This document shows positions 24,567 through 36,600 of a stretch of DNA of 64,000 nucleotides, piece by piece. Position 1 is the first letter of the stretch; each line of letters begins with the position of its first letter. The stretch covers positions 112,282,001 to 112,346,000 of the forward strand of contig OX597822.1 in assembly GCA_951406725.2 (NCBI GenBank). Direction: 5' to 3'. Both the position numbers and the translations under genes were made by a program. The notes under the pieces were generated by a model. The model searched no databases, was not told where the DNA came from, and saw only the letters and a program-made list of their open reading frames with translations. The stretch is from Octopus vulgaris. Taxonomy: Eukaryota.

Positions 24567-26669
24567 GTAAGAAGACTTTGTGATATTCTGTTGAACCCCT
24601 AACTTTAGTTTTTCTATTTTTTATCAAATACTGTTAACTGTTACATCAAAGTTATTAAAATTTAAACTTAGAATGAGCTGTATAAAAAAAACCCGGCAAA
24701 CGTCGCCCTTTTCAAGCTTAGCCAGGCTCGTGGGCCCAGTTTCCCGGTTTCTGTGGCATATGTGTTCCCTCCAGCTGGACGGGACGCCAGTCTATCGCAG
24801 GAAGAGAGAGTGAGAGAAAGTTGTGGCGAAAGAGTACAACAGGGGTCGCCACCACTCCCTGCCGGAGCCTCATGGGGCATTTAGGTATTTTTTGCTCAAT
24901 AAACACACACAACACCCGGTCTGGGAATCGAAACCGTAATCCACCGACCGCGAGTCCGCTGCCCTAACCACTGGGCCATTGTGCCTCCACGAATGAGCTG
25001 TATACAAAACACTTAATACTCAGTAGCACCAGTAAAAGTGCTCCTATGCAATTGTTGAACCTATTAGAAGAGCAGCCTTTGTTGCATTAAAAAAAGGAGC
25101 GACACATTGAATAGTCCAGGATACATTTGTAGTTTTGCATCCATTTTTGGATGAATATATTACTGGACCAATGTTTTACAGCCAGGTGCCCTCCCAGTCA
25201 CTGACTTTTGACTGTTTTACAAATCTGTGGTCTCTTCATGTCTTTGAAGGTGTAAGACCAGTGGGCGATTTGTTACGGCATGATATAATGACAATACCTT
25301 GAACTTTCCAGAAGAGTGTGCATGTAAATAATCACACACCTGCACACAGGTACACTGTGCATCTTTCGATTTTTGTCTACTAAATCCACTCATATGGCAC
25401 TGGTTGGTCTAGAGCTATAGAAGACACTTTCTCAGGATGTCACACTGTGGCACTGAAACCAAAACTACCTAATTGGAAAGCAGACTTCTTAGTCACATAG
25501 CCATACCTATATTGTTTGAAAAAGAAATAAGAGGAAATAGTCATGGCTGGAATGTCTTTGAACATAGGATTATTTGATTTGGGCTGACCCAAGTCTAAAC
25601 AGTTGGGCTTTTAATATATTGAATGGCGGCGAGCTGGCAGAGTGGTTAGCACGCTGGGCGAAATGCTTAGCAGTATTTTGTCTGCCGCTACGTTCTGAGT
25701 TCAAATTCCACCGAGGTCGACTTTGCCTTTCATCCTTTCGGGGTCGATAAATTAAGTACCAGTTACGCACTGGGGTCAGTGTAGTCGACTTCATCCGTTT
25801 GTCTGTCCTTGTTTGTCCCCTATGTGTTTAGCCCCTTGTGGGTAGTAAAGAAATATATTTATATGCCGTTATGTTCTAAGTTCAAATTCTGCCAAGGTCG
25901 ACTTTGCCTTTCATCCTTTCGGGGTCAATTAAATAAGTACCAGTTACGCACTGGGGTCTATATAATCGACTTCATCCATTTGTCTGTCCTTGTTTGTCCC
26001 CTCTGTGTGTAGCTCCTTGTGGGCAGTAAAAAAAAAAAAAAAGAAAAAAATATATATATATTGAACATTTTGGAACATTTTTGCAGGACTTATTCAATAC
26101 CCAAACATTTTGTCATGGCTGTTTTGGTAATGAATGATTTGGCTTTGAAAGCACCTGTGCACAAACTCATACATACATACAAAGAGAGAAAGATAGATCG
26201 ATAGAGAGAAAGAGAGAGCGAGATGAAAATGGAATTTCTAAACCAGAGTTATCTCCTAATGCCAAATCCTTATTGTTTGTAAATGTAGAGATTATTTTTA
26301 CTGATATGTCAATAAATATATCTTTTTGATTTGGTAATTGTGAACATCTCCAAATTTTGTTTAATTTCTGCTGTGGTGTTTGTCCAATTATTAAAAATCA
26401 GTTGTAATGCAGAATAAAAAAAAAATAGGATATTCTCTATCAAAATGTCTCACACTGATGATGTCTTGAGCTAACTGGATCCTATAAAGGAGCTGTTGTG
26501 GTAGCAGACCAGGAAACACGGTTGTAATTCCTGGATTTTGAGCAGAATCAGTGATCCTTAATTGCTAGTTCCCAATTACTGTCATCAAAAATATCCCTAA
26601 CCCATATATCTGTGGGTGTTTTGTGTGTGTGTGTATTTAGTAATTCGTAATTCTCTTTTAAAATATCAG

Positions 26670-26778
26670 GAGCGCCGGCCATATTTATCTTCTGAATGTT
26701 CTGACTTACCAAAGGCTGAAAAATGGAGACGTCAAATTATTGGAGAAATTTCCCGCAAAGTGGCACAAATTCAGAATG
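26670..26778 (+). CDS. ISY1: ISY1 exon 4 (ERRPYLSSECSDLPKAEKWRRQIIGEISRKVAQIQN)
   Basis: Highly conserved ISY1 peptide; canonical splice sites. Confidence 0.97.
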
Positions 26779-27049
26779 GTAAACTATGAAATATTTTGTT
26801 CCATTTCATTTCTGTTTAAGTTCTGTTATTATGTATTGTTGTTATTTATTCCTTGATAAACTATAAAGTACAATCAAAAGCCTTTCAGTCAGGCCCTACC
26901 TGTCGTTTTCCCTCTGAATTACATTTCACTCCAAGTTGGTAGGGTATGACTTTAAGGGAGATTGGTTGCTATTTTATGTAGGCTGAGTGTAGAGCCGACC
27001 CCTTTTCCCCATTGGTTTGTAATTATTACAGTTGTGTCAAGTACAGCAA

Positions 27050-27378
27050 TATCAAATGGAAATTGTAGTTACGATACCTGTGCCAGCGGCACGTAAAAAG
27101 CACCATCCGAACGTGGCCCATGCCAGCGCTACCTTGACTGGCTTCTGTGCCGGTGGCACATAAAAAGCACCAACCGATCATGGCCGCTGCCAGCCTCCCC
27201 TGGCACTTGTGCCGGTGGCACGTAAAAAGTACCCACTACACTCACGGAGTGGTTGGCATTAGGAATGGCATCCAGCTGTAGAAACTCTGGCAGATCAGAC
27301 TGGAGCCTGGTGCAGCCTCCTGGCTTCACAGACCCCAGTTGAACCGTCCAACCCATGCTAGCATGGGAAATGGATGAT
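27050..27378 (+). mobile_element. RTE-type 3' UTR copy
   Basis: Family sequence. Confidence 0.8.
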
Positions 27379-28011
27379 GTGTGGCCTGGTCAACTCTGCT
27401 TGGATATAAAGCTTTGAGCTTTGTAGTATTTTTGTAAGTTGAAAATATTAAAACCAGTTACTGTTGGTCTCCCGGATGCAGGTCGAATGGTTTCAGTCCA
27501 TTTTAATGTAGCTGTGTATCATTGAGAAGTTCAACCTTTCACTTTAGGTAATGTAGTATTGTTTGTTTAATGGCAAATGTTTTGTTAGCTTGAGCCAAGC
27601 TTAAATCCTTCTTGAAGAAAACACTTGAAAAATCTGAAGGACATCTTTGATGCCTCCATTGTGTGATTCTGTAACAATGGAAGACATTTTTATCTTAGTT
27701 TCTGTTGTTTGTTTTATAACAGCAGTAGATGTGATCAATGAGGGATCCACTACATGGTAGCCTAAGCTGCTAGAAATAATAGATCATACTCTATAGTCAT
27801 AAGAAGGGAAGGAAGCAGTGACAATCTAACTATAATTATTCTGTCTATTTAGAAATGTCATCAGGAAAAAAGAGAATAGTCATGCTAGGATGCTAGCTCA
27901 GAGTTGATTTGGAGTTTAGTCAACAACAACAGCAGCAGATTAAATAGAAATGAAGAAAGATTAATGTCAAATTGTCAAGTATTGAATAATTTTTCCTTTC
28001 TAAGAACTCTC

Positions 28012-28235
28012 TAACCCTTTCGTTACCAACCTGGCTGAAACCGGCTCTGGCTCTTTAGTATAAATGCCATGTTTTCATAAGTTTTGAATTCAAATCTTCC
28101 CCCAAATCTTAGTCACAATTTATGCTCCTAACACTAGCTGAATGATAATTAAGTTATTTTACTAAATTCTTTATATTAAGATAATTGGAAGAAAGACAGA
28201 ACATCTCAAAATAGATACAGTAACGAAAGGGCTAA
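28012..28235. mobile_element. piggyBac-like MITE, solo copy of the array unit
   Basis: CCCTTTCGTTAC...GTAACGAAAGGG termini with (C/T)TAA flanks. Confidence 0.75.
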
Positions 28236-28262
28236 TGAAGTTTTGTTGTTTACTTTTTTTAG

Positions 28263-28375
28263 CTGGTCTGGGAGAGTTTAAACTGCGTGATGTCAATGAT
28301 GAAATCAATAAACTGTTGCGGGAAAAGGGCCATTGGGAGGATCGGATTAGGGAACTCGGAGGCCCGGATTACAAG
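28263..28375 (+). CDS. ISY1: ISY1 exon 5 (AGLGEFKLRDVNDEINKLLREKGHWEDRIRELGGPDYK)
   Basis: ISY1 signature; canonical splice sites. Confidence 0.97.
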
Positions 28376-29022
28376 GTTAGTAGCTTTGCAAATATTTGGA
28401 TACTTAATATTAAAGTAACATAGTTGTATGGAAATATTTAAATAACTTTCACACTTTTGATAGGGGATGTAAACACACCAGCATCGGTTGTCAAGCGGTG
28501 TTGGGGTAACAAACACAGATACACAAACATATACACATCTACAAACATATATATATACATATATGCAGCAGGCTTCTTTCAGTTTCCGTCTACCAGATCC
28601 ACTCATGGGGCTTTGGTCGGTCCAGGGCTGTAGTAGAGAACACTCGCCCAAGATGCCACACAGTGGGACTGAACCTGGAACCATGTGGTTGGTAAGCACA
28701 TTATTTGATGTAAATAATTTTTGGTGTTAACATGGTCCGATTTGAATTTTATCTTCTACGGAAGGAAGAGCAAGCCTTCTTCTGTCATACTCTCAATTTT
28801 GGTCAACTGGCACCGCAGGGTCTCGGAGGAGATAGTGTTAGTTGAAGGCTACCAAACCTGCCACACACAGACAACTTCAGCTTTATATATATCTATAAAT
28901 ATTTATATAAAACTTCATATATCCTCATATATATTTATGTATCAATGGTAAATATCTCATATTAATGTTTGAAATAAATATTTGGAATGAAAGATATTCA
29001 TTGTAATGAATTAAATTTTCAG

Positions 29023-29084
29023 AGAGTTGGTCCCAAGATGTTGGATCATGAAGGTAAAGAAGTACCTGGAAATAGGGGATATAA
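29023..29084 (+). CDS. ISY1: ISY1 exon 6 (RVGPKMLDHEGKEVPGNRGYK)
   Basis: Conserved peptide; canonical splice sites. Confidence 0.97.
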
Positions 29085-29240
29085 GTAAGTGTTTTTGCTA
29101 TTTTATTGAAATTTTAAATATTGTGATTATTTAAAAGATTGTAATTAAAAAAACCCAGAAAATTACAGTTGTTATTGACAAAAGAAGGTTTTCGTTATAG
29201 TTTGACTCCAATTGAGGTCTATTTCTGACATAAAAGACAC

Positions 29241-29466
29241 TTTTTTACTTATTTCAGTCATTTGACTGCGTCCATGCTGGAGCAACGCCTTTAGCTGAGC
29301 AAATCGACCCCAGGACTTATTCTTTGTAAGCCTAGTACTTATTCTATCAGTCGCTTTTGCCGAACTGCTAAGTTACGGGGACGTAAACACAGCAGCATCG
29401 GTTGTCAAGCGATGCTGGGGAGACAAACACAGACACAGGAACACACTCCCACACACACACGCATAT

Positions 29467-29499
<33 letters not shown>

Positions 29500-29865
29500 G
29501 TTTAGCGTCCGTTTTCCATGCTAGCATGGGTTGGACGGTTCTACTGGGGTCTGTGAAGCCAGAAGGCTTCATCAGGCCCAGTCAAATCTGGCAGTGTTTC
29601 TACGGCTGGATGCCCTTCCTAACGCCAACCACTCCGTGAGTGTAGTGGGTGCTTTTTACGTGCCACCCGCACTGGTGCCAGACAGAGCTGGCAAACAGCC
29701 ACAAACGGATGGTGCTTTTTATGTGCCACCGGCACGAGGGCCAGGCGAGGCTGGCAACGGACACGAAACGGGGCGGTGCTGGCAACGGTCGCGAAACGGA
29801 AAGTTCTCTTACATGCCACCGGCACTGGTAACACATCTGCAATTTCCATTGATCGATTTCCATTG

Positions 29866-29903
<38 letters not shown>

Positions 29904-30078
29904 CACATATATACGATGGGCTTCTTTCAGTTTCCGTCTGCCAAATCCACTCACAAGTCTTTGGTTGGCCCGTGGCTATAGTAGAAGACACTTGCCCAAG
30001 GTGCCACGCAGTGGGACTGAACCCAGAACCATGTGGTTGGTAAGCAAGCTATTTACCACACAGCCACTCCTGCACCTG
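29241..30078 (-). mobile_element. SINE family B with an RTE 3' UTR copy (29468-29860) inserted in its microsatellite
   Basis: Family B halves flank the insert. Confidence 0.85.
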
Positions 30079-30145
30079 TTTATTTATTCTTGTTAGGTAC
30101 TTATTTGTTTGTTTGTTTGTTTATTTATTTATTTATCTTTCCTAG

Positions 30146-30201
30146 GTATTTTGGAGCTGCAAAAGAACTTCCTGGCGTGCGAGAACTCTTTGAACAAGAA
30201 C
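30146..30201 (+). CDS. ISY1: ISY1 exon 7 (YFGAAKELPGVRELFEQE)
   Basis: Conserved peptide; canonical splice sites. Confidence 0.97.
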
Positions 30202-30519
30202 GTAAGTTGTAATGAAAATTAGGCAAGCTCTAACCCTTTTGATACCAACCTGCTTGAGACTATGATAGAGATTTCTTGAGGCGGTGAGCTGGCAGAAACG
30301 TTAGCACGCCGGGTGAAATGTGTAGCCGTATTTCGTCTGTCGCTACGTTCTGAGTTCAAATTCCGCTGAGGTCAACTTTGCCTTTCATCCATTCGGGGTT
30401 CATAAATTAAGTACCAGTTATGCATTTGGGTTGATGTAATTGACTTAATCCATTTGTCTGTCCTTGTTTGTCCTCTCTGTGTTTAGCCCCTTGTGGGCAA
30501 TAAAGAAATAGATATAGAT

Positions 30520-31411
30520 TTCTTCTCAACTGGGGTCCGTATGACCCCTGGGGGACCATACAAGCAAAATTGAGGATCCACAGTAGTATTTTAAGGGTCC
30601 ATGAAAAAGTGTTAATTTGGATGTATTTATTGCTATAAATAGCTAGGTTTCTTTCTCTTATGTTTTACATAGTTCAACCAACACAAGTTAATCCTTTAGC
30701 ATTTAAACTGGCCATTGTCCAGCCAAAGTATTCTCTCTGTTTTATGTCCAAACCAACCAGATCAGGCCTCTTACAATTACCCTACTATGTCAATCTAAAA
30801 ATAAACAATCAGGTGCCTGCCCTGGCACGTAAAAAGCACCTTCCGTATGTGGCCGATGCCAGCGCCGCCTTGACTGGCTTCCGTGTCAGTGGCATTTAAA
30901 AACCACCAGCTGATCGTGGACATTGCCAGCCTCCCCTGGCACCGTAGTCGATGCCAGTGCTGCCTTGACTGGCTTCCGTGCCGGTGGCACGTAAAAAGCA
31001 CCCACTACACTCACGGAGTGGTTGGCGTTAGGCAGGGCATTCAACTGTAGAAACACTGCCAGATCAGACTGGAGCCTGGTGCAGCCTCCTGGCTTCACAG
31101 ACCCCGGTCAAACCGTCCAACCTGTGCTAGCATGGAAAACAGACATTAAACGATGATAATAGTGATGATTATATCAATCTTGAAGCTACAAGATGATATA
31201 TGATTACTTCAAGACAATGTCAATAGAGAAGCATCACATTTGACAGAGCAATCTGAGTGCTTAAGGGTTGATGTATGGAAAACGAAATAGGAATTTTGAA
31301 AGCAGTATCTTTAAAATTAGTTTTGAACTTTGAGTGGTGATGAGGGTCCACAAGAAAAAAAATATTAGTCGAAGGGGTCCATAGGCAAAAAAAATGGTGG
31401 GAAACTACTGA
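30520..31411. mobile_element. hAT-like MITE containing a nested piggyBac-like MITE and an RTE 3' end
   Basis: TTCTCAAC-GGGGTCC subterminal motifs, ...GAAACTACTG end; nested inserts. Confidence 0.5.
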
Positions 31412-31418
31412 GCTATAT

Positions 31419-32670
31419 TTAACCCTTTTGTTACCAACCCGGCTGAAACCGGCTCTGGTTTTGAGTACAAATGTCTTGTTTTCATAAGTTTTGAATTAAA
31501 ATTCTTCCACCAAACCTTGGTCACAATTTATGTTCCTAACACTAGCTGAATGATAACTAAGATATTTTACTGAATTCTTTGTTATATTTAAACTAATTGA
31601 AAGAAATACAGAGCATCTCAACAGAAATATGGTAACAAAAAGGTTAAACTATATAATAGAGAAATAATTCTTAACCCTTTCATTACCAACCTGGCTGAAA
31701 CCAGCTCCAGCTATGGCTACAAATGTCTTGTTTTCATAAGTTTTGAATTAAATTCTTCCACCAAACCTTGGTCACAATTTATGTTCCTAACACTAGCTGA
31801 ATGATAACTAAGATATTTTACTGAATTCTTTGTTATATTTAAACTAATTGAAAGAAATACAGAGCATCTCAACAGAAATATGGTAACAAAAAGGTTAAAC
31901 TATATAATAGAGAAATAATTCTTAACCCTTTCATTACCAACCTGGCTGAAACCAGCTCCAGCTATGGCTACAAATGTCTTGTTTTCATAAGTTTTGAATT
32001 AAATTCTTCCACCAAACCTTGGTCACAATTTATGTTCCTAACACTAGCTGAATGATAACTAAGATATTTTACTGAATTCTTTGTTATATTTAAACTAATT
32101 GAAAGAAATACAGAGCATCTCAACAGAAATATGGTAAAAAAAAGGTTAAACTATATAATAGGAAATGGGAATTACCAACCTGGCTGAAACCAGCTCCAGC
32201 TATGGCTTAAAATGTCTTGTTTTCATAAGTTTTGTTAAATTCTTCCACCAAACCTTGGTCACAATTTATGTTCTAACACTAGCTGAATGATAACTAAGAT
32301 ATTTTACTGTTCTTTGTTATATTTAAACTAATTGAAAGAAATGTCAGTCTCAACATATGGTAACAAAAAGTTTTGAATTAAAACCCTCTTTACCAAACCT
32401 CCAGCTATGTCACAATGTATGTTCCTAACACCAAACCTTGCTTAATGGTAACTAAGTTATTTTACTAAATTCTTTGTTATATTTAAGGGAATTGAAAGAA
32501 ACACAGTAACAAAAGGGTTAAATCTTCCATCCAAATTTCCATTTAATTTGTGCTCTAAACACCAGCTTACTAATGATAAAGCTATTTTATTAAATTCTTT
32601 GTTATTTTCTAAATTAACTGATATAATGGGACAGTATTTCAGACAGGAATATGGTAACGAAAGGGTTGAA
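31419..32670. repeat. Tandem array of piggyBac-like MITEs (period ~251 bp)
   Basis: TTAA-CCCTTT...AAA(A/G)GG-TTAA units start at 31419, 31671 and 31922, followed by degraded copies. Confidence 0.85.
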
Positions 32671-32689
32671 TTCAAATCTTTGAGATGAA

Positions 32690-33100
32690 TGGAATTTGAA
32701 GTTTGTGGTACCAGTGCCGGTGGCACATAAGAGAACCACTCGAACGTGGCTGTAACCAGCACCGCATTGACTGGCCTCCGTGCTGGTGGCACGTAACAAA
32801 CACCATCCGAGCGTGGCCGTCTGCCAGCCTCGCCTGGCCTCTGTGCCGGTGGCACGTAAAAAACACCATCCGAGCGTGGCCGTTCGCCAGCCTCGTCTGG
32901 CACCTGTGTCGGTGGCACATAAAAAGCACCCACTACACTCACGGAGTGGTTGGCGTTAGGAAGGGCATCCAGCCGTAGAAGCTCTGCCAGATCCGACTGG
33001 GCCTGGTGCAGCCTTCGGGCTTCCCAGACCCCAGTTGAACCGTCCAACCCATGCTAGCATGGAAAGCGGACGTTAAACGATGATGACGATGATGATGATG
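32690..33100 (+). mobile_element. RTE-type 3' UTR copy abutting the ISY1 exon 8 acceptor
   Basis: Family sequence; tail ends 25 nt before the exon. Confidence 0.85.
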
Positions 33101-33125
33101 AAGCATTACTTCTTTCTTCTTGCAG

Positions 33126-33248
33126 CTCCATCGCAGCCTCGAAAGACCCGTGCCGATCTCATGAAAGATATTGATGCAGTTTACTATGGCTACAGAGATG
33201 ATGATGATGGAGTTCTGATTCCTTTGGAATCCGAACAAGAGAAACTTG
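33126..33248 (+). CDS. ISY1: ISY1 exon 8 (PPSQPRKTRADLMKDIDAVYYGYRDDDDGVLIPLESEQEKL)
   Basis: YYGY.D.DDG motif; canonical splice sites. Confidence 0.96.
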
Positions 33249-33309
33249 GTAAGAGATTAAGGAAAAATTTTACGTGAAAAACTTACAGAATTGTAATCAT
33301 GTGTGTGTA

Positions 33310-33375
33310 AACACACACATACACACACTTATACATACGCATATGTATATATATTTGTATGTCTGTGTATATATA

Positions 33376-33454
<79 letters not shown>

Positions 33455-33600
33455 GTATATATATATGTATATATGTATATATATATGTATATATGTATAT
33501 ATATATGTATATATGTATATATGTATGTATATATGTATGTATGTATATATATATGTATATATGTATATATATATATATATATATATACATACATATAGTG
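33310..33600. repeat. (TA)n/(TG)n compound microsatellite
   Basis: Directly visible. Confidence 0.98.
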
Positions 33601-34036
33601 TGTATAGTGTGTATGCAAATGGCACATGAGTGGTTGTATGGTAAGTAGCTCGCTTACTAACCACATGGTTCTGGGTTCAGTCCCACTGTATGGCTTCTGC
33701 TATAACCTCGGGTTGACCAAAGCCTTGTGAGTAGGTTCGGTAGACAGAAACTGAAAGAAGCCTGTCGTGTGTATATATATGTGTGTGTGTGTTTGTGTGT
33801 CTGATTGTCCCCCCACCATCGCTTGACAGCTGATACTGGTGTGTTTATGTTCTCGTAACTTAGCGGTTTGGCAAAAGAGACCAGTAGAATAAGTACTAGG
33901 CTAACAGAGAATAAGTCCTGGGGTTGATTTGTTCAACTAAAGGCGATGCTCCAGCATGGCTGCAGTCGAATGACTAAAACAAGTAAAAGAATATATAAAT
34001 ATAATTTATTGAAAAGCAGCAGAAATATCACAAAAA

Positions 34037-34074
34037 CTGTTACTTAGAGTTTCACATTCCTGTTCTACAGACAG
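34037..34074 (-). ncRNA. Degenerate hammerhead motif, second family
   Basis: CUGU-CUGUAGA-ACA(GGAA)UGU-GAAA-CUCUAAG-UA-ACAG; A6 mutated; its 3' half is repeated inverted at 34079-34108. Confidence 0.55.
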
Positions 34075-34109
34075 TAACATGAAACTCTGAGTAACAGTTT
34101 TTGTGATAG

Positions 34110-34365
34110 AGTTCTATATGTAACAGATGAGGAATTACATAAATTATTTACATTCGACGGATATTTGTCCTCATCTTGTTAGTTGTTAACACAACGTTTC
34201 GGCTGATATACCCTCCAGCCTTCATCAGGTGTCTTGGGGAAATTTCGAAACTGGGTTCTCATTCATGAGGTATTTTTCTGTTATTATTAATTAGGTCACT
34301 GCCTGGATTCGAACTCGAAATCTCAGGGTTAGTAGCCCGCACTCTTAACCACTATGCCATATGCC
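34110..34365 (-). mobile_element. tRNA-headed SINE-like element carrying the hammerhead motif
   Basis: A box TGGCATAGTGG (34359-34349), B box GAGTTCGAATCC (34316-34305), then hammerhead and 3' hairpin AGATGAGGA/TCCTCATCT. Confidence 0.7.
34188..34233 (-). ncRNA. Minimal type I hammerhead ribozyme motif (Penelope-type, predicted dimer-cleaving)
   Basis: Minus strand reads GACAC-CUGAUGA-A-GGCUG(GAGGGUAUAU)CAGCC-GAAA-CG-UU-GUGUU: intact core, stems I and II, palindromic ACGU in place of stem III. Confidence 0.8.
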
Positions 34366-34905
34366 TGTGGGCAATAATGGAGTGAATTTTAGGGCTTATA
34401 AATCTAATAATTTCCTATCCTTCCTTAATACCAGTTCCCATATGCTATGAAAATTGAACCAAACGATTTCATTGTTAAATCATCAGATTTTTCTCACCTC
34501 TCCTTCTCTCTCATGGGTCTTGGGACCAAACTCATTTGCATAATGGTGCAAAAGTTAATAGTCTGACACTAATTACTTGGGAGTAATATAGCATGGATCA
34601 TAAATAAATAAATAAATTCACGAATCTGCATAACATGCATATTGAATCCAGTTGTGAAATTAGGTCCACAAAGGAGTGTTTTTTGGTAGCCTGTAATGAG
34701 AATTGAACCAGTTTCATTATTTCACAATTCCTCGAAATTCTTCATCTCTTTTGCTACTTTTATCAGAAGTTTGGGAAGTTTATCAGAAGTTTACTAAATT
34801 GGAATGTAGTAAGATGAAAGTCATACCGTAAAGTAGTACACACGAAAATTGTAGTCATTATTTGTGTTGTTTGGTGTTCTGTGATCTGATTGTTCTTCAT
34901 TTTAG

Positions 34906-35030
34906 CTGTAGAGAAAAAGATTGAAGAATGGAAAGAGAAGAAAGAAGCTTTTTTAAGAGGAGAAATAAGTGAAGAACTGGAAAATAATGAAGAAGATGGC
35001 GAGACTAATATCTATGCTGTTGAGGAAGAT
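34906..35030 (+). CDS. ISY1: ISY1 exon 9 (AVEKKIEEWKEKKEAFLRGE...NIYAVEED)
   Basis: AG/GT boundaries, frame consistent; acidic region with NIYAV. Confidence 0.93.
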
Positions 35031-35796
35031 GTAAGGAAACCTTTTATAAGTTTGAAATAGTAACTGTTTGATTTATATGTTGGTTTCAAATTTTGGCACA
35101 AGGCCAGCAAACTTGGGGGGGGCCCAGTGCTCAACTGGTACTTATTTTTATTGATTCCGTAAGGATGAAAGGCAAAGTCATTCCTTGGCAGCATTTGAAC
35201 TCAGAATGTAATGTCAGAAAAAGTGCTGTCCAGCTTAGTAATGTTTCTGTCAGTTTACTGCCTTAGTTTTTTGATTAATATATTATTACTGTATCGAGCT
35301 GTATTATTACTGTATAAGGCGTCGAGCTGGCAGAAACGTTAGCGCGCCGGACAAAATGCTTAGCGGCATTTCGTCTGTCGTTACATTCTGAGTTCAAATT
35401 CCGCCGGGGTCGACTTTGCCTTTCATCCTCTCGGGGTCGATAAATAAAGTACCAGTTACACACTGGGGTCTATGTAATCGACTTAATACCTATGTCTGTT
35501 CTTGTTTGTCCCCTCTATGTTTAGCCCCTTGTGGGCAGTAAAGAAATATATATTATTACTGTTTCGAGGCAGTGAATTGGCAGAATCACTGCTGCATTGG
35601 ACAAAATGCTTTGTGGCATTTCTTGTTCTTTATGTTCTGAGTTCAAATGCTACTTAGGTTGACCTTACCTTTCATCCCCTTGGGGGACAATAAAATAAGT
35701 ACCAGTGGAGTACTGGGGTCAGTTTTATTGACTTAATCCATCCCCCAAAATTTTTGGCCTTCTGCCAAAATTTAATTCCTTTATTACTGTCTGTAT

Positions 35797-36195
35797 ACTC
35801 TTTTACTCTTTTACTTGTTTCAGTCATTTGACTGCGGCCATGCTGGAGCACCGCCTTTAGTCGAGCAAATCGACCCCGGGACTTATTCTTTGTAAGCCCA
35901 GTACTTATTCTATCGGTCTCTTTTGCCAAACCGCTAAGTGACGGGGACGTAAACACACCAGCATCGGTTATCAAGCAATGCTAGGGGGACAAACACAGAC
36001 ACACAAACATATACACACACATATATATATACATATATACGACAGGCTTCTTTCAGTTTCCGTCTACCAAATCCACTCACAAGGCATTGGTTGGCCCGGG
36101 GCTATAGCAGAAGACACTTGCCCAAGATGCCATGGAGTGGGACTGAACCCGGAACCATGTGGTTGGTAAACAAGCTACTTACCACACAGCCACTC
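35797..36195 (-). mobile_element. SINE family B
   Basis: Near full-length reverse copy. Confidence 0.9.
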
Positions 36196-36600
36196 TTTTT
36201 GTTGTTTAATTTACTGTTTTCTTTCTTTAGTATATTTTATTGTGTGTAAATAGTTTATTTCTGGTGTTCCTTGCAAATACAGCCTGGATACATCAATGAA
36301 TTCATATATTTCATAATGTATTAAAACAGAGTTTCTTCTAAGTCATCCATTCTGCTCCAGAATGGTCTGGAGCAGTTAGAAGTTTGAAACCAAGATTGTA
36401 ACCTCTGACTACTACGTCTGCATCTATAACATGTAGCTTTCAGAGCATATGTGGTTCCTGTGGGAATTTGTTTCCAGATTCCTCTGAATTGTATTTGAAA
36501 GCTCAGTGTTACATGAGAAAGAAAGAACGGTAGAACCAATTCCATGTTGTGCCAAAGTGTACATTAGATACTGGATATATAATTAATGCGTATTTAATGT

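Noticed and set aside
26450-26530. CTGATGA...GAAAC as a possible hammerhead or snoRNA C box
   Set aside because: Stem II is long and poorly paired, no valid NUH/stem I register, no convincing D box
31419-32170. CRISPR-like repeat/spacer appearance
   Set aside because: Eukaryotic context; units are long MITEs with identical spacers and there are no cas genes
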